Shown piece by piece: positions 39,249 to 49,254 of a stretch of 64,000 nucleotides of DNA; the first letter of the stretch is position 1, and every line of letters begins with the position of its first letter. This DNA is from an uncultured Actinomycetota bacterium (GTDB lineage Bacteria > Actinomycetota > Actinomycetes > Propionibacteriales > Nocardioidaceae): contig CAWHPY010000026.1 in NCBI GenBank assembly GCA_963831375.1, forward strand, positions 362,627 through 426,626. The letters run 5' to 3'. The position numbers were made by a program, and so were the translations under genes. The notes beneath the pieces were generated by a model, which was not told where the DNA came from, did no database searches, and worked only from the letters and a program-made list of their open reading frames with translations.

Positions 39249-39758
39249 GTGGACGTGCACGCAAAGCTTGCCGAGATCCGGCAGGTTGTCGAGCAGGCTC
39301 GGTCGATGCCGATGTCTGCCTCCGCAGTAGTCAACCGTGGGGAGCTCATCTCGCTCCTGGACGAGCTCAGGGACGCGCTGACCGCGGCGTTCAGCGACTC
39401 GCAAGAGGTCATCTCCGACAGGGAGGCCTTTGTCGACGAGGGCCGCAAGGAAGCCGACGAGATCGTGCAGGACGCCCGCAACGAGCGGGACCGGATCGTC
39501 TCCGACACCGAGGTGTTCCGGGTGGCCAAGCGCCGCGCGGACGAGGTGCTCGAGCACGCACGCACCGAGTCCGAGGAGATGCGCAAGGAGACCGACGACT
39601 ACGTCGACGGCAAGCTCGCGACCTTCGAGATCACGCTCGAGCGCACGATGGAGGCAGTCAAACGCGGACGGGACCGGCTCGCCGGCCGCTCCGCCATGGA
39701 CTCGCTCACCGACGACGAGGTCGACGAGATCAAGCTCCCCGAGCACCTCGAGGGCTGA
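39249..39758 (+). CDS. sepIVA: Coiled-coil SepIVA/DivIVA-like protein
   Basis: VEQARSMPMSASAVVNRGEL, EADEIV..AR.E..RIVS.TEV, E.DDYVD.KLA.FE; same position as mycobacterial sepIVA upstream of yceD-rnc-mutM. Confidence 0.75.
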   Translation: MDVHAKLAEIRQVVEQARSMPMSASAVVNRGELISLLDELRDALTAAFSDSQEVISDREAFVDEGRKEADEIVQDARNERDRIVSDTEVFRVAKRRADEVLEHARTESEEMRKETDDYVDGKLATFEITLERTMEAVKRGRDRLAGRSAMDSLTDDEVDEIKLPEHLEG

Positions 39759-39869
39759 GCGCGCGACGCCCGTTTTGGCCGACACCGGCACCTGCCGGTA
39801 CTCTTGAGGGCGGTTCGGCGTGCTCGCCCGAGGTCACACCCCGGTCGGACTGGTCCGGACTGATCTGTT

Positions 39870-40445
39870 GTGCCCGATGACGAAAGCGATGGAACTGTGC
39901 CTCTCGACCCGAGAGCGCCGCTCGTGCTCGATACCCGCGAGCTCGGCCGCCGCCCGGGGTCGCAGCGGATCAAGTCGTTCTCGGCACCGGCGCCGGCAGA
40001 TCTTGGCATCGAAGTTCTCAGCGTTCCCGAAGGGTCGTCCGTCGAGTTCGAGCTTCGACTCGAGGCGGTCATGGAGGGCGTGCTCGTGACGGGTACGGCG
40101 CAGGCCGGCCTCGTCGGCGAGTGCGTGCGGTGCCTGGAGGCCATCGACGACGACATCGTCGCGGACTTCCAGGAGCTGTTCGTCTACAACGAAAGCGACG
40201 CTGGGGAGGACGAGGCCAGCCGGTTGGAGGGCGACCTGCTCGACCTCGAGCCGTTACTGCGGGACGCGGTGGTGCTTGCGCTACCGTTCCAGCCGCTGTG
40301 CCGGGAAGACTGCCCGGGGCTGTGCATCGAGTGCGGTGCCAGGCTCGCGGACGACCCGGACCACCAGCACGAAGATGCGATCGACCCGCGTTGGGCAGCG
40401 CTCCAAGGGCTGACCCAACAGACTGATGATGACCAGACCGAATGA
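39870..40445 (+). CDS. yceD: YceD/DUF177 family protein
   Basis: ELGRRPGS, ECVRCLE, DLEPLLRDAVVLALPFQPLCREDCPGLC..CG, IDPRWAAL; start may be GTG 39897. Confidence 0.93.
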   Translation: MPDDESDGTVPLDPRAPLVLDTRELGRRPGSQRIKSFSAPAPADLGIEVLSVPEGSSVEFELRLEAVMEGVLVTGTAQAGLVGECVRCLEAIDDDIVADFQELFVYNESDAGEDEASRLEGDLLDLEPLLRDAVVLALPFQPLCREDCPGLCIECGARLADDPDHQHEDAIDPRWAALQGLTQQTDDDQTE

Positions 40446-40482
40446 GGGGCCGGCACACCGGCCCGACAGAGGAGTGAGATAA

Positions 40483-40668
40483 GTGGCAGTCCCGAAGCGG
40501 AAGATGTCGCGCAGCAACACGCGTCACCGTCGCTCGCAGTGGAAGGCCGTCGCGCCCTCACTGGTGACCTGTGCCAACCCTGCGTGCGGTGCCAAGCACC
40601 TCCCGCACCGCGCCTGCCCTGACTGCGGTCAGTACGGCGCCCGCGCAGATCGCCGCCAGGTCCTCTGA
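40483..40668 (+). CDS. rpmF: 50S ribosomal protein L32 (zinc-binding type)
   Basis: [21 protein letters not shown]...CANPACG...HRACPDCG. Confidence 0.97.
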   Translation: MAVPKRKMSRSNTRHRRSQWKAVAPSLVTCANPACGAKHLPHRACPDCGQYGARADRRQVL

Positions 40669-40679
40669 CGGCAACGACG

Positions 40680-41493
40680 GTGAGCGAGCCGTCGTACGAC
40701 GACTTGCGCGATGCGCTCGGCAGCCCTGACCTGGGCGCCGAGCTGCTCGACCGTGCCCTCACCCACCGCTCCTTCGCTTACGAGAACGGCGGGCTGCCCA
40801 CCAACGAACGCCTGGAGTTCCTCGGGGACTCCGTGCTCGGCGTCGTGGTGACCGACACGCTCTACCGCGCCCACCCCGACCTGTCCGAGGGGCGCCTGGC
40901 CAAGCTGCGGGCGGCCGTCGTGAACGCACGCGCCCTCGCGGAGGTGGCGCGCACCATCGGTCTGGGCGAACACATCAAGCTCGGCCGCGGCGAAGAGGCC
41001 ACCGGAGGCCGGAACAAGTCCTCGATCCTGTCCGACACGGTCGAGGCCGTGATCGGCGCGGTGTACCTCAGCGGCGGCTTCGAGGCCGCCAGTGGCGTGG
41101 TGCACCTGCTGTTCGACCCGCTGATGGAGACCGCCGCCGGGCTCGGCGCCGGCCTGGACTGGAAGACCAGCCTCCAGGAGCTGTCCGCAGAGCACTCCCT
41201 CGGTGTGCCGGAGTACGTCATCGAGGACGAGGGGCCGGACCATCGAGAAGACCTTCACCGCGCAGGTGCAGGTAGGCGACAAGCTCTACGGCCACGGCAC
41301 CGGCCGCTCGAAGAAGGAAGCCGAGCAGCAGGCAGCCGAGACCGCCTACCGCGCCATCGCCGCCGAGCACGGCGAGAACGCCCGAGCCGTGGTCGTGTCC
41401 GAGGCCGCGGTCGACGACGCGTCCGAGGACGGCGCGGTGTCTGACGCGCCCGAGGCCGACGCGGTGTCTGACGCGCCCGAGGCCGACGCCTGA
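40680..41493 (+). CDS. rnc: Ribonuclease III, frameshifted in the dsRBD in this sequence
   Basis: [40 protein letters not shown]; one extra base at 41243-41244; then KTFTA...[13 protein letters not shown] and an acidic tail. Confidence 0.95.
41434..41487 (+). repeat. Perfect 27-bp tandem duplication in the rnc tail
   Basis: GCGGTGTCTGACGCGCCCGAGGCCGAC twice (AVSDAPEAD x2). Confidence 0.9.
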
Positions 41494-41494
41494 G

Positions 41495-42346
41495 TTGCCC
41501 GAGCTCCCCGAAGTAGAGGTCGTCCGGCTCGGCCTGCACAACCACGTCGTCGGCAGGACGATCACCACGGTCGACGTGCTCCATCCCCGCCCCGTCCGCC
41601 GGCACGCCGCCGGACCCGACGACTTCGCCGCCCAGCTCGTCGGACGACGGGTGACCGCCGCCCGCCGCCGCGGCAAGTACCTCTGGCTGCCCCTCGACAA
41701 CGGTGACGCCATCCTTGCCCACCTCGGCATGAGCGGGCAGATGCTCGTGCAGGCCGCGGACGCACCCGCCGAACGCCACCTGCGGGTCCGGATCGGCCTC
41801 GACGGCCCCCACGAGCTGCGCTTCGTAGACCAGCGGATGTTCGGCGGTCTCGCCATCTCCGCCGGGGGAGCCGAGCTGCCCCCGGAGATCGCGCACATCG
41901 CCCGGGACCCGATGGATCCCGACTTCGACGACGACCTGTTCCTACGCCGACTCCGCAAGCGCACCTCGGGTGTGAAGCGACTGCTGCTCGACCAGACCCT
42001 GATCTCCGGGGTCGGCAACATCTATGCCGACGAGGCGCTCTGGCTGGTCAGGCTGCACGGAGAGCGGCCCGGCAACAAGCTGCGCCGTGCCGACGCCGTG
42101 ACTCTGCTGGCCGGGGTGCGCACGGTGATGGCCGCTGCACTTGCCCAGGGCGGTACGTCGTTCGACGCGCTCTACGTCAACGTCAACGGCGAGAGCGGCT
42201 ACTTCGACCGGTCGCTCGAGGTCTACGGGCAGGAAGGTCAGCCGTGCTCGCGGTGCGCCACCCCGGTCGTGCGGGTGTCGTTCATGAACCGCTCCTCGTA
42301 CTTCTGCCCGAGCTGCCAACCGAAGCCACGTCGCCGCTCCTCCTGA
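41495..42346 (+). CDS. mutM: Formamidopyrimidine-DNA glycosylase
   Basis: [38 protein letters not shown], zinc finger CSRC...FCPSCQ. Confidence 0.97.
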   Translation: MPELPEVEVVRLGLHNHVVGRTITTVDVLHPRPVRRHAAGPDDFAAQLVGRRVTAARRRGKYLWLPLDNGDAILAHLGMSGQMLVQAADAPAERHLRVRIGLDGPHELRFVDQRMFGGLAISAGGAELPPEIAHIARDPMDPDFDDDLFLRRLRKRTSGVKRLLLDQTLISGVGNIYADEALWLVRLHGERPGNKLRRADAVTLLAGVRTVMAAALAQGGTSFDALYVNVNGESGYFDRSLEVYGQEGQPCSRCATPVVRVSFMNRSSYFCPSCQPKPRRRSS

Positions 42347-42366
42347 CCGGCGCTGACGGCCCTGGG

Positions 42367-42561
42367 TCACGACCCGCTGCGTTCCGCCTGAACCGCCTCG
42401 GGCACGGCGCCCGTCCAGTCGATCGGGGTCCACGGCTCGGAGGCGACCCATTCACTTCCGCAGCCGTCGCACGCGAAGAGCCGTTGACCCTCGAGTCGCG
42501 CGTCGGTGGCGGCCCAGCTGCACATCGAGCGGCAGGCGGCGACCTCGAGGGGGCGTGACAT
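42367..42561 (-). CDS. Small hypothetical protein with putative zinc ribbon
   Basis: CRSMC...FACDGCGSEWV..EPWTP.DW; host-like codon usage. Confidence 0.65.
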   Translation of the reverse strand: MSRPLEVAACRSMCSWAATDARLEGQRLFACDGCGSEWVASEPWTPIDWTGAVPEAVQAERSGS

Positions 42562-42752
42562 GCGATGAAATCTACCGACTCGGCCATACCGGCCGGCCCG
42601 GTCAGCTGCGGGGGTGCTTGCTGGCTGCTAGCGCGGGATTGACCGAAACGCCCTGGAGTGGGATTCTTGGAGCAGTGCACCCCACCCCTCGCGGCTGATC
42701 AAGAGCCGGCCTCGTGGTGCGATCAGACCCTCTCTTCCTCCGGAGGAAATCA

Positions 42753-42956
42753 ATGGCGAAGGCGCTCCTCGGCTACATGAGCAGCAGCGACCCAAGAGCC
42801 TTAGCTCAGATCACCGCAGAGAACCAGCGACTTCGGCAGCGCGTGGCCGACCTCGAGGCGCACGTCTTGCGCCTTCAGGCCGAGAACGACTCGCTCGCCG
42901 CCGCCGTACACGACTCCCCGCTCCTCACGCTCGACGAGAGCATGCAGCCCGCCTGA
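42753..42956 (+). CDS. Small coiled-coil hypothetical protein
   Basis: MAKALLGYM...DPR...ENQRLRQRVADLEAHVLRLQAENDSL; GGAGG RBS. Confidence 0.85.
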   Translation: MAKALLGYMSSSDPRALAQITAENQRLRQRVADLEAHVLRLQAENDSLAAAVHDSPLLTLDESMQPA

Positions 42957-43053
42957 GATCACTCGCTCGGTGTGGCGCGTGACTCCTTTGTGGGTACCTC
43001 GTTGAACCGGTGACGTCGTCCATCCGGACCGACGAACCTGGTGGAGGACCCGC

Positions 43054-44583
43054 ATGAACCAGACCCGTCTTCGAGCCGTCGTGCGCCTGGTAACGGCCGT
43101 CGCCGCGACAGCAGCCCTGAGTCTCACCGCCGCATCGCCGGCGTCGGCCCACAGCGACAAGGAGCGCATCGAGAAGATGCGTTCGGAGTACTCCGCGGGG
43201 ATGAACATCCCGCTCGTCGCGAGCTCGAACGTGAACCTGGTGGCATCCGACCCGGGATCGGCCGGGATCTCGGGCTGCTTCATGAAGAGCGCCCCGCTGT
43301 TCGTGATGTCGAACCTCGAGACGGTGAAGGTCTACGACGTCAGCGACCCGCTGAAGCCCACCTTGACCGGAACGCTCCCGAGCCTCCAGTTCGAGAACGA
43401 GGCAATGAACTGCGGCGAGCGGAAGACGCGGTCCGGGACCGAGAGGTTCTCGTTGATCGGCGTCGACACCCACCAGGCCTCCCCGGATGACATCACGCAC
43501 GTCAACACCCCCGTCAACGGTGGTTACGAGCTGATAGTCGTCGACGTCACGGATCCGGCCGCCCCGCATATCCGGTCGCGGGTGCCGGGGTCGACCAGCA
43601 CCCACACCGTGACCTGTGTCGTCGACACCGACTGCCGTTTCGTCTACTCGGCCGGCACCGGCGACACGTTCTCGGTCTTCGACCTCACCGACCTCGACCA
43701 CCCCGTCGAGGTCGACAGCGACCCCGACCGGGCCGGCCTCCAAGCGTTCACCTCACCCACGGCCGGGCACAAGTGGAACTTCGACGACGACGGGTACGGC
43801 ACACACACCGGATGGGGCGGCTCGGGAATGTTCGACGTCAGCAACCCGCGCTCCCCGAAGCTGGTGACCACCACCGGGGCGGCCGGTAGGGGAGAGGACC
43901 CCGCTCACGCCGGCTACAACGACTTCATCCACCACAACTCGTTCCGGCCGAACGCCTCCACGTTCACGCCCGGCGCCGCACCGTCGTTCGCGAACGGCAA
44001 CGTGCTTCTCGTCACCGAGGAGGACTACGAGCAGACCGACTGCGCCCAGGCCGGCTCGTTCCAGACCTGGTGGGTCAAACGCCTCGACGGCACACCGGAC
44101 GCGATCGTCCCCCTGGACAAGGTCGAGCTCGCCGACCTCGGCAGCTTCCCCGTGCCGCAGTACGCCTTCTGCTCCGCGCACTGGTTCGACTACCACCCCT
44201 CCGGCATCGTCGCGGCCGGCTTCTACGGGGGAGGCACGCAGCTGATCGACGTGCGCGACCCGAGCCACCTGAAGTCCTACGGGCACGCCAGCTGGGGCGC
44301 CTCGGAGGTGTGGGACTCCTACTGGCTGCCCGTATACAACAAGAACGGCGTGGCCACGGGCAGGAAGACGAACCTGGTGTACTCCGTGGACCTGGTGCGT
44401 GGCCTGGACGTGTACGCCGTCGACATGCCGGGCGGGGCGACCCTGGCGGGCACGGTCTCGCTGGCCTCCGTCAGCCCGTTCCGGCTCTCCTGGCCCGAAG
44501 ACGCCGTGCCGTTGGCGCTGGTCGTGTCCGCACTCGTCGGATCGGCCGCGCTGCGACGCCGATCGGCCCGACGCGACGGGTGA
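43054..44583 (+). CDS. Secreted LVIVD-repeat beta-propeller-like protein with C-terminal membrane anchor
   Basis: Signal peptide ending ASPASA; repeats VYDVSDPLKP, LIVVDVTDPAAP, VFDLTDLDHP, MFDVSNPRSP, LIDVRDPSH; terminal hydrophobic helix plus RRRSARR. Confidence 0.85.
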   Translation: MNQTRLRAVVRLVTAVAATAALSLTAASPASAHSDKERIEKMRSEYSAGMNIPLVASSNVNLVASDPGSAGISGCFMKSAPLFVMSNLETVKVYDVSDPLKPTLTGTLPSLQFENEAMNCGERKTRSGTERFSLIGVDTHQASPDDITHVNTPVNGGYELIVVDVTDPAAPHIRSRVPGSTSTHTVTCVVDTDCRFVYSAGTGDTFSVFDLTDLDHPVEVDSDPDRAGLQAFTSPTAGHKWNFDDDGYGTHTGWGGSGMFDVSNPRSPKLVTTTGAAGRGEDPAHAGYNDFIHHNSFRPNASTFTPGAAPSFANGNVLLVTEEDYEQTDCAQAGSFQTWWVKRLDGTPDAIVPLDKVELADLGSFPVPQYAFCSAHWFDYHPSGIVAAGFYGGGTQLIDVRDPSHLKSYGHASWGASEVWDSYWLPVYNKNGVATGRKTNLVYSVDLVRGLDVYAVDMPGGATLAGTVSLASVSPFRLSWPEDAVPLALVVSALVGSAALRRRSARRDG

Positions 44584-45575
44584 TCCGGGTGCGGCTGCTG
44601 CCGATGAGCGCTACGCGCTACCCGTCCTGGGTCACGGAGTCCATCACCGGGTTCGCCGAGCAGCAGGTCGCGTCCGGCTCGATGCCGGCCAGGGAGGCCC
44701 GGGACTACGCCGAGCGCGAGTTCGACAAGCTGCTCCCGGAGGGGTTGCTGACTCGCGGGCACCACGTCTGGTCCGCGTACGACGGAGACGTCGAGGTGGG
44801 CTACCTGTGGCTCAGGGTCAGGCAGCAGTCGGACGGGGTCGAGGGATACGTCTTCGACGTCGCGGTGAGCCCGAGCCTTCAGGGCCGTGGCTACGGTCGC
44901 GCCCTCATGCTCGCCGGTGAGGATGCCGCCCGCGACCTGGGCGCCGACACGATGAAGCTGACCGTGTTCGGCCACAACCTCCCGGCACAACGGCTCTACG
45001 ACAACCTGGGCTACGAGACGTCCTCGACGATGATGAGCCGACGGCTGGAGAGCACTGAGCCGTTGACCTTCTCCGGGGGACCCGCGGTGAGCCTCAGACC
45101 GATGAGCGAACGGCAGTTCGGCCGCTACCGTGCCCAGGCCGAGGAGAGCTACGCCGAGAGCATCGCGGCATCGGGGACGCTGCCGCTCGAGGAGGCTCGG
45201 GCCAAGTCCGCTGCAGACTTCGCGCGTCTGCTTCCCGCCGGCCTCGACACGCCCGAGCAGCTCTTCTGGACCGGGTACGACGCAGACACCGAGGTCGGCA
45301 TGGTCTGGCTCAACATCGCAGCCAAATCCGACGGGCTTCACGCGTTCGGCTACGACTTCATCGTCCGGGAGGGCCTGCGGCGCAAGGGCTACGGCCGCGC
45401 GATCGTCGTCGCCGCCGAGCACCTGTGTCGGGACCGTGGTGTCGTGGCCATCGGCCTCAACGTGTTCGGGCACAACCATGGCGCACGTTCCCTGTACGAG
45501 CAGATGGGCTTCGAGGTGACAGCCACCTTGCTGCGCAAGTCGCTGATACCAACTTTGGGGGTAGGGCCGGGGTAG
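44580..45575 (+). CDS. Tandem GNAT acetyltransferase
   Basis: Two domains starting VRLLPM and VSLRPM; QGRGYGRALM...VFGHN and RRKGYGRAIV...VFGHN; GTGA overlap with upstream stop. Confidence 0.88.
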   Translation: MIRVRLLPMSATRYPSWVTESITGFAEQQVASGSMPAREARDYAEREFDKLLPEGLLTRGHHVWSAYDGDVEVGYLWLRVRQQSDGVEGYVFDVAVSPSLQGRGYGRALMLAGEDAARDLGADTMKLTVFGHNLPAQRLYDNLGYETSSTMMSRRLESTEPLTFSGGPAVSLRPMSERQFGRYRAQAEESYAESIAASGTLPLEEARAKSAADFARLLPAGLDTPEQLFWTGYDADTEVGMVWLNIAAKSDGLHAFGYDFIVREGLRRKGYGRAIVVAAEHLCRDRGVVAIGLNVFGHNHGARSLYEQMGFEVTATLLRKSLIPTLGVGPG

Positions 45576-45679
45576 GCTGCTGCCTGCTGTTCTTCCCCAC
45601 GGCAACGAGTTGACATGATCTGTCGTCCGACCAGACAGAAAACCGGCCCCGGAAATGGCCTCTGAGGGGAGCCTCCGAA

Positions 45680-48600
45680 GTGTATTTGAAGAGCCTGACG
45701 CTCCGCGGGTTCAAGTCGTTCGCGTCCGCGACAACCCTGCAGCTCGAGCCGGGAATCACCTGCATCGTCGGGCCCAACGGTTCCGGCAAGTCCAACGTCG
45801 TCGACGCGCTCGCCTGGGTGATGGGTGAGCAGGGCGCCAAGTCGCTGCGCGGCGGCAAGATGGAGGACGTCATCTTCGCCGGCACCTCCGGCCGTCCGCC
45901 ACTGGGCCGCGCCGAGGTCGCGCTGACCATCGACAACGCCGACGGCGCGCTGCCGATCGAGTACGCCGAGGTCACGATCAGCCGCACGATGTTCCGCAAC
46001 GGCGGCTCCGAGTACGCCATAAACGGGTCGCCCTGCCGGTTGTTGGACGTCCAGGAGCTGCTGTCCGACTCCGGCATCGGCCGGGAGATGCACGTGATCG
46101 TCGGGCAGGGCCAGCTCGACTCGATCCTGCATGCCACCCCCGAGGACCGACGCGGATTCATCGAGGAGGCCGCCGGCGTCCTCAAGCACCGCAAGCGCAA
46201 GGAGAAGGCTCTCCGGAAGCTCGACTCGACCGACGGCAACCTGACCCGGTTGAACGACCTGCTGAGCGAGATCCGCCGTCAGCTCAAGCCTCTCGGACGC
46301 CAGGCCGAGGTCGCCCGCAAGGCCGCCAGCGTCCAGGCCGATGTTCGCGATGCCCGCGCCCGACTCCTCGCCGACGATCTGGTCAACGCCCGCACCGCCC
46401 TCGAGCAGGAGCTCGCCGACGAGAGCGTCCTGGTCGAACGGCGCACCGAGGTCGAGGCCGCGATCGAGAAGGCCCGGCAGACCGAGGGCGTGCTCGAGGC
46501 CGCCCTGCGGGAGGACCTGCCGGCGCTGGCCAAGGCACAGGAGAACTGGTTCGCGCTGTCCGGGCTCCGCGAGCGGCTCAAGGGCACAGCGAGCCTGGCC
46601 GCCGAGCGGGTGCGGAACGCCCACGAAAGCACCGCCGAGCCGTCCGCGGGTTCCGGTCGCGACCCTGAGCAGCTGGTCGCCGAGGCCGAGCGGGTCCGCG
46701 CCCAGGAAGCCGAGATCAACACTGAGGTCGACCGCAACCGCACCGCGCTCGACGACGCACTCGCCAGGCGCCAGGAGGCGGAGGCCGCCCACATCGAGGA
46801 GGACCGGCGGGTCGCCGGCCTGGAGCGGGCGGCAGCCGACCGTCGAGAGGGCCTGGCCCGGCTGCATGGCCAGGTCAACGCGCTCAAGAGCCGGGCCGCG
46901 GCCGCCGAGGACGAGCTGGGCCGGCTCACGTCCGCCCGCGAGGAGGCCGTCGACCGCGCCGAGCGCGCACAGCGGGACTTCACGTCGTTGGAGACGAAGG
47001 TCGCCGGGCTCGACGCGGGTGAGGAGGGGCTCGACGCCGAGCACGAGGGGGCAGCCTCCGCGCTCGCCGACATCGAGGACCGGCTGGCCAAGACCCGGGA
47101 CGAGGTCCAGCTCGCCGAACGTGAGCGCAGCTCGCTCACCGCGCGGAAGGAGGCGCTCCAGCTCGGCCTGAACCGCAAGGACGGCGCCGGCGCGCTGCTG
47201 GCAGCGAACGAGTCCATCTCCGGCCTGCTGGGTTCGGTGGCCGCGCTGCTGTCGGTCCGCTCCGGCTACGAGGCCGCGATTGCCGGTGCCCTCGGCAGCG
47301 CCGCCGACGCGGTCGCCGTGGACCACGTCGATGCTGCCATCGGGGCCATCTCACACCTGAAGTCCGACGACCTCGGCCGGGCCGGGATCCTGCTCGGCGG
47401 CGCCGATATCGACGACGCGTCGTGGCCGGACCTGCCGGGTGTCGCCGTCTACGCGATGGACGTCGTGGACTGCCCCGATGCGCTACGCCCCGCCCTGAGC
47501 CGACTGCTGTTCAAGGTCGCCGTCGTCGACGACCTCCCGGCCGCCAAGAACCTGGTGCGTGAGGTTCCCGACGTCACCGCGGTGACCCGCGAGGGTGACC
47601 TGCTCGGCGCACACTTCGCCTCCGGCGGCTCGTCCTCCCAGCCCAGCCTGATCGAGGTCCAGGCGGCGGTCGACGAGGCCACCCAGATGCTGAGCGACGC
47701 CACGCACACCTGCGAGCGGCTCGTCTTCGACCTGTCCCGGCTCGAGGAGGAGCGCGAGCACGCACAGCACCGCGTGGACGTCGCGCTGGCCAAGCTCCAC
47801 GAGTCGGACGCCACCCTTGCCGCGGTCGCGGAGGAGCTCGGTCAGTACGGATCGCTGGCGCGATCCGCCAAGGGCGAGGCGGACCGTCTGGCCCAGGCGA
47901 TCGAGGCTGCGGAGGCTGCTCGTGACAAGGATGTAGCCGGCCTGGCAGATCTCGAGAACCGACTCGTCGCAGCGGAAGAGTCGCCCGAGGAGGAGCCGGA
48001 CACCAGCGAGCGGGAACGCCTCTCCGATGCCGCCCGGACCGCACGCCAGAAGGAGATGGACTCCCGGCTGGCACTTCGGACCGCGGAAGAGCGTGCCCGT
48101 GCCCTGGCCGGTCGCGCCGACTCGCTGCTGAAGGCCGCACAGGCCGAGCGCGACGCCCGCGCCAAGGCCGCCGCACGACGTGAGCGGCTGATCCGCGAGG
48201 GTGAGGTCGCCGGGGCCGTGGGGCGTGGGGTCGCCGTCGTACTCCAGCGTCTCGAGGTCTCGATCGCGGCCGCGGCGGAGGAGCGAACGACTGTCGAGCA
48301 GGCGCGCCGTGGCCGTGAGGAAGAGCTGATGGCGATCCGCACCCGGCTGCGAGACCTGGCCAAGGAGCACGACGAGCTCGTCAACACGGTGCACCGCGAC
48401 GAGATGGCGCGCACCCAGCAGCGGATGCGCATCGAACAGCTCGAGGAACGCGCCATCGAGGAGCTCGGCCTCGACGTCGAAGCTCTGGTCGCCGACTACG
48501 GCCCGCAGAACCTGGTGCCGGCCTCGCTGCCTGCAGCCGGCGAGGAGCGTGACGTCGAACCGGACCCGGTTCCGTTCGTCCGTGAGGAGCAGCAGAAGCG

Positions 48601-49240
48601 GCTACGTTCCGCGGAACGTGCGCTGTCGATGCTCGGCAAGGTCAACCCGCTCGCACTCGAGGAGTTCTCGGCGCTCGAGGAGCGACACAAGTTCCTCACC
48701 GAGCAGCTCGAAGACCTCAAGAAGACCCGTCGCGACCTGATGGACATCGTCCGCGAGGTCGACGACCGGGTGGAGCAGGTGTTCACCGAGGCCTGGACCG
48801 ACGTGCGCGACGCGTTCGACCATGTGTTCAAGCGGCTGTTCCCGGGCGGGGAGGGCAAGCTGGTGCTGACCGACCCGTCCGACATGCTCAACACCGGCAT
48901 CGAGGTGGAGGCCCGACCGGCCGGCAAGAAGGTCAAGCGGCTCTCGTTGCTGTCGGGCGGTGAACGGTCCCTGGTGGCCGTGGCGTTCCTGGTCTCGCTG
49001 TTCAAGGCGCGGCCGTCGCCGTTCTACATCCTCGACGAGGTCGAGGCGGCGCTCGACGACACCAACCTGGGCCGGCTCCTGGAGATCTACGAGGAGCTGC
49101 GGGAGAACAGCCAGCTGCTGGTGATCACCCACCAGAAGCGGACCATGGAGGTCGGCGACGCGTTGTACGGCGTGACCATGCGCGGCGACGGCGTCTCGGC
49201 CGTGATCAGTCAGCGGCTACGTGAAGCAGAGCCGGCCTGA
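45680..49240 (+). CDS. smc: Chromosome segregation protein SMC
   Basis: GFKSFA, GPNGSGKSN, long coiled coils with hinge, LLSGGE, ILDEVEAALD, ITHQK. Confidence 0.98.
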   Translation: MYLKSLTLRGFKSFASATTLQLEPGITCIVGPNGSGKSNVVDALAWVMGEQGAKSLRGGKMEDVIFAGTSGRPPLGRAEVALTIDNADGALPIEYAEVTISRTMFRNGGSEYAINGSPCRLLDVQELLSDSGIGREMHVIVGQGQLDSILHATPEDRRGFIEEAAGVLKHRKRKEKALRKLDSTDGNLTRLNDLLSEIRRQLKPLGRQAEVARKAASVQADVRDARARLLADDLVNARTALEQELADESVLVERRTEVEAAIEKARQTEGVLEAALREDLPALAKAQENWFALSGLRERLKGTASLAAERVRNAHESTAEPSAGSGRDPEQLVAEAERVRAQEAEINTEVDRNRTALDDALARRQEAEAAHIEEDRRVAGLERAAADRREGLARLHGQVNALKSRAAAAEDELGRLTSAREEAVDRAERAQRDFTSLETKVAGLDAGEEGLDAEHEGAASALADIEDRLAKTRDEVQLAERERSSLTARKEALQLGLNRKDGAGALLAANESISGLLGSVAALLSVRSGYEAAIAGALGSAADAVAVDHVDAAIGAISHLKSDDLGRAGILLGGADIDDASWPDLPGVAVYAMDVVDCPDALRPALSRLLFKVAVVDDLPAAKNLVREVPDVTAVTREGDLLGAHFASGGSSSQPSLIEVQAAVDEATQMLSDATHTCERLVFDLSRLEEEREHAQHRVDVALAKLHESDATLAAVAEELGQYGSLARSAKGEADRLAQAIEAAEAARDKDVAGLADLENRLVAAEESPEEEPDTSERERLSDAARTARQKEMDSRLALRTAEERARALAGRADSLLKAAQAERDARAKAAARRERLIREGEVAGAVGRGVAVVLQRLEVSIAAAAEERTTVEQARRGREEELMAIRTRLRDLAKEHDELVNTVHRDEMARTQQRMRIEQLEERAIEELGLDVEALVADYGPQNLVPASLPAAGEERDVEPDPVPFVREEQQKRLRSAERALSMLGKVNPLALEEFSALEERHKFLTEQLEDLKKTRRDLMDIVREVDDRVEQVFTEAWTDVRDAFDHVFKRLFPGGEGKLVLTDPSDMLNTGIEVEARPAGKKVKRLSLLSGGERSLVAVAFLVSLFKARPSPFYILDEVEAALDDTNLGRLLEIYEELRENSQLLVITHQKRTMEVGDALYGVTMRGDGVSAVISQRLREAEPA

Positions 49241-49254
49241 GTCCGTCGTACCCG

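Noticed and set aside
44440-44583. Sortase LPXTG signal on the LVIVD protein
   Set aside because: Hydrophobic helix and basic tail are present but no LPXTG or LAXTG pentapeptide precedes them.
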